This document shows, in pieces, positions 28,214 through 36,064 of a stretch of 64,000 nt of DNA. Each line of letters starts with the position of its first letter. Position 1 is the stretch's first letter. Below the pieces are notes generated by a model. The model was not told the DNA's origin, made no database searches, and saw nothing but the letters and a program-made list of their open reading frames with translations. A program made the translations under genes and the position numbers. The stretch comes from an uncultured Porphyromonadaceae bacterium (lineage in GTDB: Bacteria > Bacteroidota > Bacteroidia > Bacteroidales > UBA12481), in contig CAZJNQ010000002.1 of the NCBI GenBank assembly GCA_964547475.1, positions 18,378 to 82,377 on the forward strand. Direction: 5' to 3'.

Positions 28214-29205
28214 GACCCTGCCTCCGTCTTGTTTTCCGGTTCATTTTCTTTGGCAGGCTTCCTCAGGTTGATCACCGGTTTGGTCCTGAGGACGAAATCG
28301 TAAGCCGATTGCTGGCTCTTTTCATTTTCCTCTGTCACAGGATGCCACTTGGCAAATTTGACCAGATCGGCTAGCTTCAGGAGCTTGGACAGTTCGGCAA
28401 TGATATCATCTTTGACAATAACATTTTCCGTGAAATCGCGAACGATCTCTTCAGTTGTTTGTTCAAGGGCGGGAACCTTAAACCGTAGTTCGATGTACCG
28501 GCGGACAATATCGGTCAGGCGGCTGTAGTACAATTTGATCTTACCCTGCTGCCAGAGTTTTTCCCTGATCAACTCATCCAGTTCCGCCAGAGCCCAAATA
28601 TGGGCTGGCACAAGCGGGAGCAAAGGTTTGGGTGTTTCTATTGGTTTTTCACGTTTTTTCCTGAGATACCTGATGTACAGAAACAACATGAATGCCAGGA
28701 TCAGGCCTACCAGGATATAAGGCAGAATCTCCCAAAACGTGATGGGCATCTGATAGGGCAGCTTGATATCCGTTATGCCTTTGGTGGTATCGATCGGGAT
28801 TCCCAAGACCTCCAGAGACAGAGCCCGGGTGGTTAAGCTTTCTGTATGATCCGGGCTTTTGAAGACAAAGGGTGGAATCAGGTAAAAACCCGTATCAAAA
28901 GACGTCAGAACCAATCTCTGCCGGATTTTCCAGACATTGCCTCCGTTTTTTACGGTATCAGGCTGTGAGGCAGATAGAACCTCAATCTTCCCGGCAATGG
29001 AATCGCCCGTAACGGGAAATTCCATCCTCCAGCCCGGCGGGTGTTCCAGTTCGAGCCAAAGATTAACCTGATCTCCAAGAAGGATCCTGGAGGTATCCAA
29101 CGATGCTTTGGCAACAGGTAATTGCGCGATCAAGGGACTGGATACCATAAGGATCAAACACGCGACCAGCGAGAGAGACCACCTATCTTTGGCTTGCCGG
29201 TTCAT
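28210..29205 (-). CDS. Bat-operon membrane protein: BatD-like Ig domain + TM + DUF4381-like C-terminal region
   Basis: Signal peptide, then LGDQVNLWLELEHPPG...FDTGFYLIPPFVF (BatD-like pattern) and TM helix ILPYILVGLILAFMLFLYI. It has 4-nt overlaps with both neighbours, DUF58 and batA. Confidence 0.75.
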   Translation of the reverse strand: MNRQAKDRWSLSLVACLILMVSSPLIAQLPVAKASLDTSRILLGDQVNLWLELEHPPGWRMEFPVTGDSIAGKIEVLSASQPDTVKNGGNVWKIRQRLVLTSFDTGFYLIPPFVFKSPDHTESLTTRALSLEVLGIPIDTTKGITDIKLPYQMPITFWEILPYILVGLILAFMLFLYIRYLRKKREKPIETPKPLLPLVPAHIWALAELDELIREKLWQQGKIKLYYSRLTDIVRRYIELRFKVPALEQTTEEIVRDFTENVIVKDDIIAELSKLLKLADLVKFAKWHPVTEENEKSQQSAYDFVLRTKPVINLRKPAKENEPENKTEAGS

Positions 29206-30092
29206 CTGCGTCCCCTTTTTTCAAACAACCGCATCAGCGGATTCACATAATCCTGCGCAGTAGAAAGAGTAATAAAGTCAATCCCGCTTCTTTTGAGTTG
29301 AATCTCAAGATCCTCCCTCACATTTTTCCACCAATCCGAATAGAGCTCCCTGGTCCTTTTATCTGATGTATCGATCCACCGGGTAGATCCTGTTTCTGGA
29401 TCCTGAAACTTCATCAAGCCAGCCCTAGGTAAATCGAATTCACCAGGGTCTGCGATCTGTAAAGCAATCAGGTCATGCTTCCTGCTGGCCAGCCTGAGGG
29501 CCTCTGTGATAGTGACAGTCTCGTTCATCGTTTTAGGCATGAAATCCGATATCACGAAAACCGTAGACCTTTTTTTATTGGCGTGAGTAAAAAAACGGAT
29601 TGCCTCCGTTATATCCGTACCTCTGCTGACCGGCATAAATTCGAGAAGCTCCAGAATGATTCGCAAAACGTGTTTCCTGCCCTTTTTAGGAGGAATGAAT
29701 TTCTCAACCCGGTCTGAGAAGAAGATGACTCCGATCTTGTCATTATTCTGGATGGCTGAAATAGCCAGGACGGCGGCTAGTTCAGTCATTAATTCCCTTT
29801 TAAAGCGGTGTTGTGTTCCGAACTCGTTCGAACCGGATACATCTACCAGCAACATGACGATAAGCTCCCTCTCCTCATCAAAAACCTTTATGAAGGGCTT
29901 GTTAAATCGTGCGGTGACATTCCAGTCGATGTTCCGGATAGGGTCGCCGTACTGATATTCCCTCACTTCGCTGAAGGTCATCCCCTGGCCCTTAAATGCG
30001 CTGTGATACTGACCGGCAAAAATCTGTTGCGATAGTCCCCGGGTTTTAATCTCGATCCTTCTGACCTTCTCTATCAGCTCCGCCGCAATCAT
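29202..30092 (-). CDS. DUF58 domain protein (VWA-like partner of MoxR)
   Basis: FAGQYHSAFKGQGMTFSEVREYQYGDPIRNIDWNVTAR and LLVDVSGSN are typical DUF58 motifs. It lies directly downstream of moxR. Confidence 0.9.
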   Translation of the reverse strand: MIAAELIEKVRRIEIKTRGLSQQIFAGQYHSAFKGQGMTFSEVREYQYGDPIRNIDWNVTARFNKPFIKVFDEERELIVMLLVDVSGSNEFGTQHRFKRELMTELAAVLAISAIQNNDKIGVIFFSDRVEKFIPPKKGRKHVLRIILELLEFMPVSRGTDITEAIRFFTHANKKRSTVFVISDFMPKTMNETVTITEALRLASRKHDLIALQIADPGEFDLPRAGLMKFQDPETGSTRWIDTSDKRTRELYSDWWKNVREDLEIQLKRSGIDFITLSTAQDYVNPLMRLFEKRGRR

Positions 30093-30110
30093 CTCTGTTA
30101 ATAACTTTTT

Positions 30111-30135
30111 CCTTTTGCCTTTTGCCTTTTGCCTT
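30111..30135. repeat. Heptanucleotide tandem repeat (CCTTTTG)x3.5 in the moxR-DUF58 spacer
   Basis: CCTTTTGCCTTTTGCCTTTTGCCTT on the + strand. On the operon mRNA this reads AAGGCAAAAGGCAAAAGGCAAAAGG, followed by the degenerate unit AAAAAG. Confidence 0.95.
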
Positions 30136-30140
30136 ATTCT

Positions 30141-31133
30141 CTATGGCACTTCCACCTGGTTCAGTATGCCCGTGATGATTGCATCGCTGTTAATATCCTC
30201 GGCCTCTGCCTCGTATGTCAGGCCAATCCGGTGACGCAGGACATCATGGCAAACCGCCCGGACATCTTCGGGCACAACATAACCCCGGCGCTTGATGAAA
30301 GCAAATGCCTTGGCTGCCATAGCCAGGTAAATCCCGGCGCGGGGACTTCCTCCAAATGCGATATAGCGTTTGTAATCGGGGAGTTTATAATCCTGGGGCT
30401 GGCGGGTGGCGAAAACTATATCAATGATATATTTCTCGATTTTTTCATCCATATAAACCTCCTTGACTACCTCGCGGGCGCGGATAATGGCTTCATGCCC
30501 CAACACCTGGTCAGCCGATGGAAATTCCTTGGCCAGATTTTGACGGATGATCAGACTCTCTTCGTCTTTGTTAGGATAGGAAATCACAACTTTCAGCATG
30601 AAGCGGTCAACCTGGGCTTCCGGCAGCGGGTAGGTACCTTCCTGTTCAATCGGATTCTGGGTTGCCAGGACCAGGAAAGGCTCCTGCAGCGGGTAAGTAT
30701 GAGTACCTATGGTTACCTGACGCTCCTGCATGGCTTCGAGAAGGGCACTTTGGACTTTAGCGGGTGCCCGGTTGATCTCATCGGCCAGGATAAAATTGCT
30801 GAAGATCGGTCCCTTCCTGACGAGGAAGTCCTCAGATTTTTGGCTGTAAATCTGCGTGCCGATCAAGTCGGCCGGCAACAGGTCAGGAGTGAACTGAATT
30901 CTTGAGAATCCCGCATCAATCGTGCTTGCCAGCGTACGGATTGCCAGTGTTTTAGCCAGACCGGGAACTCCTTCAAGCAAAAGGTGCCCGTTCGACAGAA
31001 GTCCAATCAGAAGACTGTCAATCAGGTGTTTTTGCCCAACAATAACCTTGTTCATTTCCAGGGTGATCATTTCAACAAAGCTGCTTTCCTGTTGGATCTT
31101 TTCATTAATGAGCCGGATGTCAATAGTGTTCAT
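30141..31133 (-). CDS. moxR: MoxR-family AAA+ ATPase
   Basis: Walker A GVPGLAKT, Walker B FILADEINRAPAK, and ATQNPIEQEGTYPLPEAQVDRF. The ORF-track start at 31172 is TTG; ATG 31133 (MNTIDIRLINEKI) is preferred. Confidence 0.93.
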   Translation of the reverse strand: MNTIDIRLINEKIQQESSFVEMITLEMNKVIVGQKHLIDSLLIGLLSNGHLLLEGVPGLAKTLAIRTLASTIDAGFSRIQFTPDLLPADLIGTQIYSQKSEDFLVRKGPIFSNFILADEINRAPAKVQSALLEAMQERQVTIGTHTYPLQEPFLVLATQNPIEQEGTYPLPEAQVDRFMLKVVISYPNKDEESLIIRQNLAKEFPSADQVLGHEAIIRAREVVKEVYMDEKIEKYIIDIVFATRQPQDYKLPDYKRYIAFGGSPRAGIYLAMAAKAFAFIKRRGYVVPEDVRAVCHDVLRHRIGLTYEAEAEDINSDAIITGILNQVEVP

Positions 31134-31191
31134 GTTTATACCGCTTTTTTCGACGCCCCGAAAGTAGGGCAAAGGAGTATTAAATATTTAA

Positions 31192-31199
31192 TATTTTTG
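31192..31199 (+). promoter_or_regulatory. Bacteroidota -7 promoter box (TATTTTTG) for truA
   Basis: Exact TAnnTTTG ending 7 nt before the truA ATG (31207). This implies a leaderless or near-leaderless mRNA. Confidence 0.5.
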
Positions 31200-31206
31200 T
31201 TAACGT

Positions 31207-32025
31207 ATGTTAACCTCCGGAATCTCTCTCCATCGCTATTTTATTGAGCTTGCTTTCGATGGAAGCGACTTTAGTGGCTGGCAGGTTCAACCGGGTGTCC
31301 GAACCGTTCAGAACTACCTTAATTCCGCGATTTCGACCCTGATTTCTGAACCGGTCAACCTGGTTGGTTGCGGTCGGACCGATTCCGGTGTTCATGCTTC
31401 TCATTTTGTAGCCCATTTCGATACAGCAAAATCCATCCGTAATCCAGACAACCTGGTAAAGAGACTCCGCAGGTTCCTGAATACGTCGGTAAGAGTGGAT
31501 CACATTGTCGAAGTAGATCCTGGCTGGAATGCGCGTTTTGATGCAATATCAAGAACCTATCATTACCTGATAAACCGTGGCAGAAGTCCGTGGTTACAAG
31601 GCTTTGCCTGGAACCTGACAATGACACTCGACAGGGAAGCCATGAACCAAGGAGCTTCCTTTCTGCTCGGCACTCATGACTTTACAAGTTTCAGCAAGCT
31701 GCATTCCGATGTAAAAACCAATATCTGCACCGTTGCTGAAGCTGGATGGTTTGAACGGGAAGGATGCCTGGTTTTTCGAATCCGGGCTGACCGTTTCCTC
31801 AGGAATATGGTCAGGGCCATTGTCGGCACTCTGATTGAAGTTGGAAAAGGCAAAGCCGGGCCCGATTCGCTCCCATCGGTTTTGGAAGCCCGGGACCGGT
31901 CATGCGCCGGAACTTCTGTACCGGCTATGGGCCTGTTCCTGACGTGCGTGGACTATCCGAAGGAACATTACGTTATTCATCCGGTATCGCCCTTTCCGTC
32001 CCTGATCACCGTGGATCCATTCTAG
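31207..32025 (+). CDS. truA: tRNA pseudouridine(38-40) synthase TruA
   Basis: RYFIELAFDGSDFSGWQVQPG and the catalytic-Asp loop GCGRTDSGVHA. 272 aa. Confidence 0.92.
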   Translation: MLTSGISLHRYFIELAFDGSDFSGWQVQPGVRTVQNYLNSAISTLISEPVNLVGCGRTDSGVHASHFVAHFDTAKSIRNPDNLVKRLRRFLNTSVRVDHIVEVDPGWNARFDAISRTYHYLINRGRSPWLQGFAWNLTMTLDREAMNQGASFLLGTHDFTSFSKLHSDVKTNICTVAEAGWFEREGCLVFRIRADRFLRNMVRAIVGTLIEVGKGKAGPDSLPSVLEARDRSCAGTSVPAMGLFLTCVDYPKEHYVIHPVSPFPSLITVDPF

Positions 32026-32773
32026 TCCAAATCTTCCATGAAGCTTCCGCTTGTTCCCGGAACATCAACGATCCTCCTTGAACGCTTGATCCCCGACTGA
32101 TTCCCTCCTTCATGAATTTAGTTATCGGAGGGTTGTAGATCAGGTCCAATAAATAATGTTTTGCGGTCAGGTACCCATAGGGAATGGGAATACTGGCAGT
32201 GTCATCAGGAAACATCCCGACCGGGGTGCAGTTGATAAGTAACTTATACTCATTCAGTAAGTCATGCCCAAGATCCTTGTATTGTAAATGTCCGGCATCG
32301 GAACTCCTGGAAACGAATCGGTAGGGGATATCCCTGTTTTTCAGAACAAAACTGACAGCTTTTGATGCACCTCCTGTTCCAAAGACCAAAGCCTTGATGC
32401 CTTTCCTGAAAACCCAGTTTGCCAGGGTTCTTTCAATCCCGATGACATCCGTGTTGTAGCCCTTGAGAATGACCTGCTGATCTTCATGGATAATCCGGAT
32501 CACATTCACAGCTCCTATATGAGCCGCAACCGGATCCACGCCGGTAAGATAGGGGATCACGGACTCTTTATAGGGGATTGTCACATTAAGCCCGATCAGA
32601 TTGGGATTGTCCGAAATCAGGCAGGGCAACTGCCCGATGCTTTCAATGGGAAAATTTAAATAGAGGAATCTCTCTATCTTTTCGTCAGAGAATTTGTGCT
32701 CGAAATAGCCTTTCGAAAAGGAATGCGTCAGCGGGAAACCAATAAGTCCAAGGAGTTTCGGTTGACTTCCCAT
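32006..32773 (-). CDS. aroE: Shikimate dehydrogenase
   Basis: LLGLIGFPLTHSFSKGYFEHKF, NVTIPYK, and the nucleotide-binding FGTGGASKAV. Its 3' end overlaps the truA 3' end by 20 nt (convergent). Confidence 0.88.
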   Translation of the reverse strand: MGSQPKLLGLIGFPLTHSFSKGYFEHKFSDEKIERFLYLNFPIESIGQLPCLISDNPNLIGLNVTIPYKESVIPYLTGVDPVAAHIGAVNVIRIIHEDQQVILKGYNTDVIGIERTLANWVFRKGIKALVFGTGGASKAVSFVLKNRDIPYRFVSRSSDAGHLQYKDLGHDLLNEYKLLINCTPVGMFPDDTASIPIPYGYLTAKHYLLDLIYNPPITKFMKEGISRGSSVQGGSLMFREQAEASWKIWTRMDPR

Positions 32774-32774
32774 A

Positions 32775-34343
32775 TCATGAAAAATCCATGTGTTCCGACC
32801 TTAGCAGATCATTGATGGTTTTAACCGGATTGAACGTGGTAAGCGGCACCTCAACAAAAATTGTAATCCAGTCTGACATAGATCCGTTCCAGAGGCCCGG
32901 AAGTTCCTGAGCCTGGACAACTTTCCCGTCAAGGGACTTTTGGCAGATAAAGCCCGTGGAGGGATCGACAAAACGCTTCAGGTCAAACTTATTATTCTGG
33001 TAATCATTTATTGAACATATTATGTCGACCGGATTGAAGTGGGTCGAGTGCTGCATAATTTCTTCCTGCTGAGGATCCTGTCTGTTGATCTGGGAGGATT
33101 CTACAATCTGAAGGGAAACGGTTCCATCGGAATTTTTCACCCAGAAGGGACCTCCTCCAGGTTCGCCTTCATTTTCAACCATCCCGCAGATGCGGATTGG
33201 CCGGTTGAGTTTCTGTTTGAGATATTCGATCTTTTCTTCCTTTTTCCAATGCTCGCTTCCTTCAGGAGAGAGGATTCTGAGCTTATGTTCAACAAAGTCC
33301 CAGATGGTGTCAACTACTTTCATGGAGGGATGAGTGGGATTATCCAGTCCACGAAGAAAAGCGAAAATCTGTTCCTGATAAGAAATCAGCTTACCTGCCA
33401 GAACCTGTTTATAAATATAAGTATCCTGTTTGAACCGGTCGTGGCATACATTGTCGATGTTTTTAATAATGATCAGGTCAGCATCGATTTCAGATAAGTT
33501 CCACAGCAAGGCTCCATGCCCGCCTGGTCTGAAAACCAATTGGCCCTTATCGTCCCTGACCGGGTTATTCTCAAGGTCAACGGCGATTACATCAGTCGAT
33601 GGGTGCTGAAGGCTGTAAGAAACCGTATAGGAGATGTTATAAGCTTTTTCATACTCTTTCTTCAACCTGGCAAACTGGCCTTTCATCAGCTCAACGTGTT
33701 GAGGCAATGCCGTGAAGTGAATGAAACAATCGTTTTTCCCCGATCGTGCATAGTGGGCCCCTTCGACAAGGTGTTCCGCGAAGGCTGTACGGGTGACATC
33801 CCCATATTTATGAAAAGGTATCAGGGCTTTGGGGAGGTTGCCGTAATCAAGGCCTTTATCTGTCAGCAAGGTATTCAGGATTTTTTCATAACGTGACTCT
33901 TCTATGAGATGTTCAAAATCCAATCCCCTGTGCTCAAGCGCTTCGTCCAGATCCGGGAAGAAGGCAAAATCTTTCAGGTTGTCAAAGAAATAATAAACTG
34001 AATCAGGCCCTTTGTCTTTCATGAGAGCAAGCTGGTCTTCACTGGTGCCGCGGTAAATGCTTCGGAATTCAAACAGATGCTTGAACATTCGCGATGCTGC
34101 ACCCGAAGCAGGTACGAATTTGACTACTTTATGACTGTAACAATATTCAATATACAGATCCATCAGTTCATCAATTCTTCTGGGCATGATCTGTTGTATA
34201 CCATGCTTTACGGTTGCAGGAGCAACCAGCGTAAGAGGAGGAAAACCGTTCTGGAAATTCTGGATCTGAGTTTCCACTGTCTCCGGCTTCATGCCACGTT
34301 CGGCAATCTGACGAAGATCGTCTGAAGTTAGTTTTACTGCCAT
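32775..34343 (-). CDS. DUF4301 family protein (nucleotidyltransferase-like, function unknown)
   Basis: About 520 aa. FVPASGAASRMFKHLFEF resembles the Gly-rich NTP-binding loop of UDP-sugar pyrophosphorylase-like folds. Its stop is 1 nt from the aroE start. The ORF-track TTG 34385 lies in the -7 box; ATG 34343 is preferred. Confidence 0.8.
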   Translation of the reverse strand: MAVKLTSDDLRQIAERGMKPETVETQIQNFQNGFPPLTLVAPATVKHGIQQIMPRRIDELMDLYIEYCYSHKVVKFVPASGAASRMFKHLFEFRSIYRGTSEDQLALMKDKGPDSVYYFFDNLKDFAFFPDLDEALEHRGLDFEHLIEESRYEKILNTLLTDKGLDYGNLPKALIPFHKYGDVTRTAFAEHLVEGAHYARSGKNDCFIHFTALPQHVELMKGQFARLKKEYEKAYNISYTVSYSLQHPSTDVIAVDLENNPVRDDKGQLVFRPGGHGALLWNLSEIDADLIIIKNIDNVCHDRFKQDTYIYKQVLAGKLISYQEQIFAFLRGLDNPTHPSMKVVDTIWDFVEHKLRILSPEGSEHWKKEEKIEYLKQKLNRPIRICGMVENEGEPGGGPFWVKNSDGTVSLQIVESSQINRQDPQQEEIMQHSTHFNPVDIICSINDYQNNKFDLKRFVDPSTGFICQKSLDGKVVQAQELPGLWNGSMSDWITIFVEVPLTTFNPVKTINDLLRSEHMDFS

Positions 34344-34382
34344 GGTTTGGAATTTCTGCCCAAAATTGGAGAGACCAAGATA

Positions 34383-34390
34383 CAAAATTA
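34383..34390 (-). promoter_or_regulatory. Bacteroidota -7 promoter box (TAATTTTG) for DUF4301-aroE
   Basis: Reverse strand reads TAATTTTG, an exact TAnnTTTG. It lies between the M28 peptidase stop (34395) and ATG 34343. Confidence 0.5.
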
Positions 34391-34394
34391 TGTT

Positions 34395-35945
34395 TTACGG
34401 CAAATTTGCTTTCCTGTCATTATCCTGGTTAGCAAGATGCCACGCACTGGTAAACACGAACCTGACCGTTTCCTGCATTTGCTCATAATCAATTTTATCC
34501 CAGGTATCAGTCGGCTTGTGAAAATCCGGGTGAATTCCATTGAAGAAATACATCACAGGAATTCCCCTTTGCTCAAAGGGCATATGATCCGAACCACCAT
34601 ACAAGACCTGGGAGGTAGACTTGTACTGGAATTCAGGAATCAGGTCTGTTGTAAGATCTTTCAGCGCTTGTACCCCGGTTTCATGAAGCCATTTCTCATC
34701 CTGCTCAGAAACATAAACATAAACATACTTGCCTTTATTCCCATGAGCTTCATCATGTCGGCCAATCATGTCCATGTTAAGAACTGCGAAGGTTTTTTCA
34801 AGAGGGAACAGAGGGTGAGAACAGTAATACTGGCTTCCGAGCAGTCCCATCTCTTCTGCAGTTACCGGTAGGAACAGGATACTCCTGCGGGGACGGTAAC
34901 CTGATGAGGCAGCTATCGAGAAAGCTTCTGCAATCTCAAGAACCCCCGTGGTTCCGGAGGCGTTGTCATCGGCGCCATAACGGATTCCTTTCTCCCCCTT
35001 CCCCAGGTGGTCGTAATGTGCTGTTATTATAACCACTTCATCCTTCAGGTCACTTCCTTCCAATAAACCGGCCACGTTCCCGGCCAAAACCGTGTCAGGG
35101 TAGCGGACAGCCTTGACTGTCACCTTCCCACTTATTAAAGGGATTTTTTTCTGCCCGTTTTCCATTGATTGGTAAATGGAATTGAGTTGCTCTGCCGGAA
35201 TTCCCATAATGCGCGAAGAGGAGGCTATGCCGGTGTAAACATAGTTACGGTTGCCGGCAGTCTTTTTCGGTGGCGGCTTAATACTCAGCATGTTAACAGA
35301 CCCATAAGTCGAACCTGACTTGATCAGTCGGTCCGACATGGTCACCGAGGGATCAATCCTGATGGTTGACAGGGCTCCCCTGGAAAAAGCAATGGAATCT
35401 TTCTTGCCTTCATATCTCGGGTAAGCAGTCAGCCGGGTTCCTGTTGTTAAATAATTCCCGGCTTTGTCTTTGGGCTCGCCGATAAAATAGACGACGATCT
35501 TGCCCTTGACATCCAATCCTTTGTAATTGTTGTAACCAGCTTCATCAATTCCAAATCCGGCGAAGACATAATCATAATCACCCTGTAACTCAGGCATGTT
35601 TCCCTGAACCAGGAAATCTTTTCTGAACCGGATGGTATCGATACCTTGTACAAAGAAATATTCACGCCAGTCCGAACGGTACATCGGGAATTCCTGCAGG
35701 TAGGGTTGGTCAGTCAACGGAGGACGAATAAGACCTAGCTGACTAAACTCATTAACCAGGTAGTCCCTGGCTTTGTCGATGCCCTGCTCACCTGTTTTTC
35801 TACCCTCCATCGAATCACTCGCCAGAACTTGAATATGGCCTTTGATTTCACCTGCAGTAATGGAGAGGATTGAGGATTCAACTGACTGGGGAAATGCGGG
35901 TATCCATAAGAGAAATATCGGGAGGCTGGTCAGAATTTTTTTCAT
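34395..35945 (-). CDS. M28 family zinc aminopeptidase (secreted)
   Basis: Signal peptide MKKILTSLPIFLLWIPAFPQ. Metal-ligand motifs HYDHLG, GADDNASGT, FLPVTAEEMGLLGS and GGSDHMPF. Confidence 0.88.
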   Translation of the reverse strand: MKKILTSLPIFLLWIPAFPQSVESSILSITAGEIKGHIQVLASDSMEGRKTGEQGIDKARDYLVNEFSQLGLIRPPLTDQPYLQEFPMYRSDWREYFFVQGIDTIRFRKDFLVQGNMPELQGDYDYVFAGFGIDEAGYNNYKGLDVKGKIVVYFIGEPKDKAGNYLTTGTRLTAYPRYEGKKDSIAFSRGALSTIRIDPSVTMSDRLIKSGSTYGSVNMLSIKPPPKKTAGNRNYVYTGIASSSRIMGIPAEQLNSIYQSMENGQKKIPLISGKVTVKAVRYPDTVLAGNVAGLLEGSDLKDEVVIITAHYDHLGKGEKGIRYGADDNASGTTGVLEIAEAFSIAASSGYRPRRSILFLPVTAEEMGLLGSQYYCSHPLFPLEKTFAVLNMDMIGRHDEAHGNKGKYVYVYVSEQDEKWLHETGVQALKDLTTDLIPEFQYKSTSQVLYGGSDHMPFEQRGIPVMYFFNGIHPDFHKPTDTWDKIDYEQMQETVRFVFTSAWHLANQDNDRKANLP

Positions 35946-35963
35946 GCCGGGAAACTGTGGGGG

Positions 35964-35971
35964 CAAAGGTA
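35964..35971 (-). promoter_or_regulatory. Bacteroidota -7 promoter box (TACCTTTG) for the M28 peptidase gene
   Basis: Reverse strand reads TACCTTTG, an exact TAnnTTTG, 18 nt upstream of ATG 35945. The ORF-track TTG start at 35966 is the TTG of this box. Confidence 0.5.
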
Positions 35972-36057
35972 AAAAGAAATTAAGGGCGATCAGGATCTCA
36001 ACGCTTGAATCATTATGTCAGGCTCTGGACTGTCAGCCTGCCGACCTGCTTTTCGTG
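35965..36057 (+). pseudogene. Remnant of the C-terminal half of a small XRE/Cro-type HTH regulator
   Basis: The + frame reads KGKKKLRAIRISTLESLCQALDCQPADLLFV. This matches the characteristic ...GKAKAIRFSTLEKICxALDCQPGDLLEY tail of ~70-aa YozG-like HTH proteins. No N-terminal half and no start codon are present. Confidence 0.5.
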
Positions 36058-36064
36058 TTTTACG

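Noticed and set aside
30129-30905. 258-aa ORF on the + strand, antisense to moxR
   Set aside because: The opposite frame carries unmistakable MoxR Walker A/B and sensor motifs. The antisense translation is low-complexity with no recognisable motif or promoter box. It is the usual mirror-frame artefact in roughly 50% GC coding DNA.
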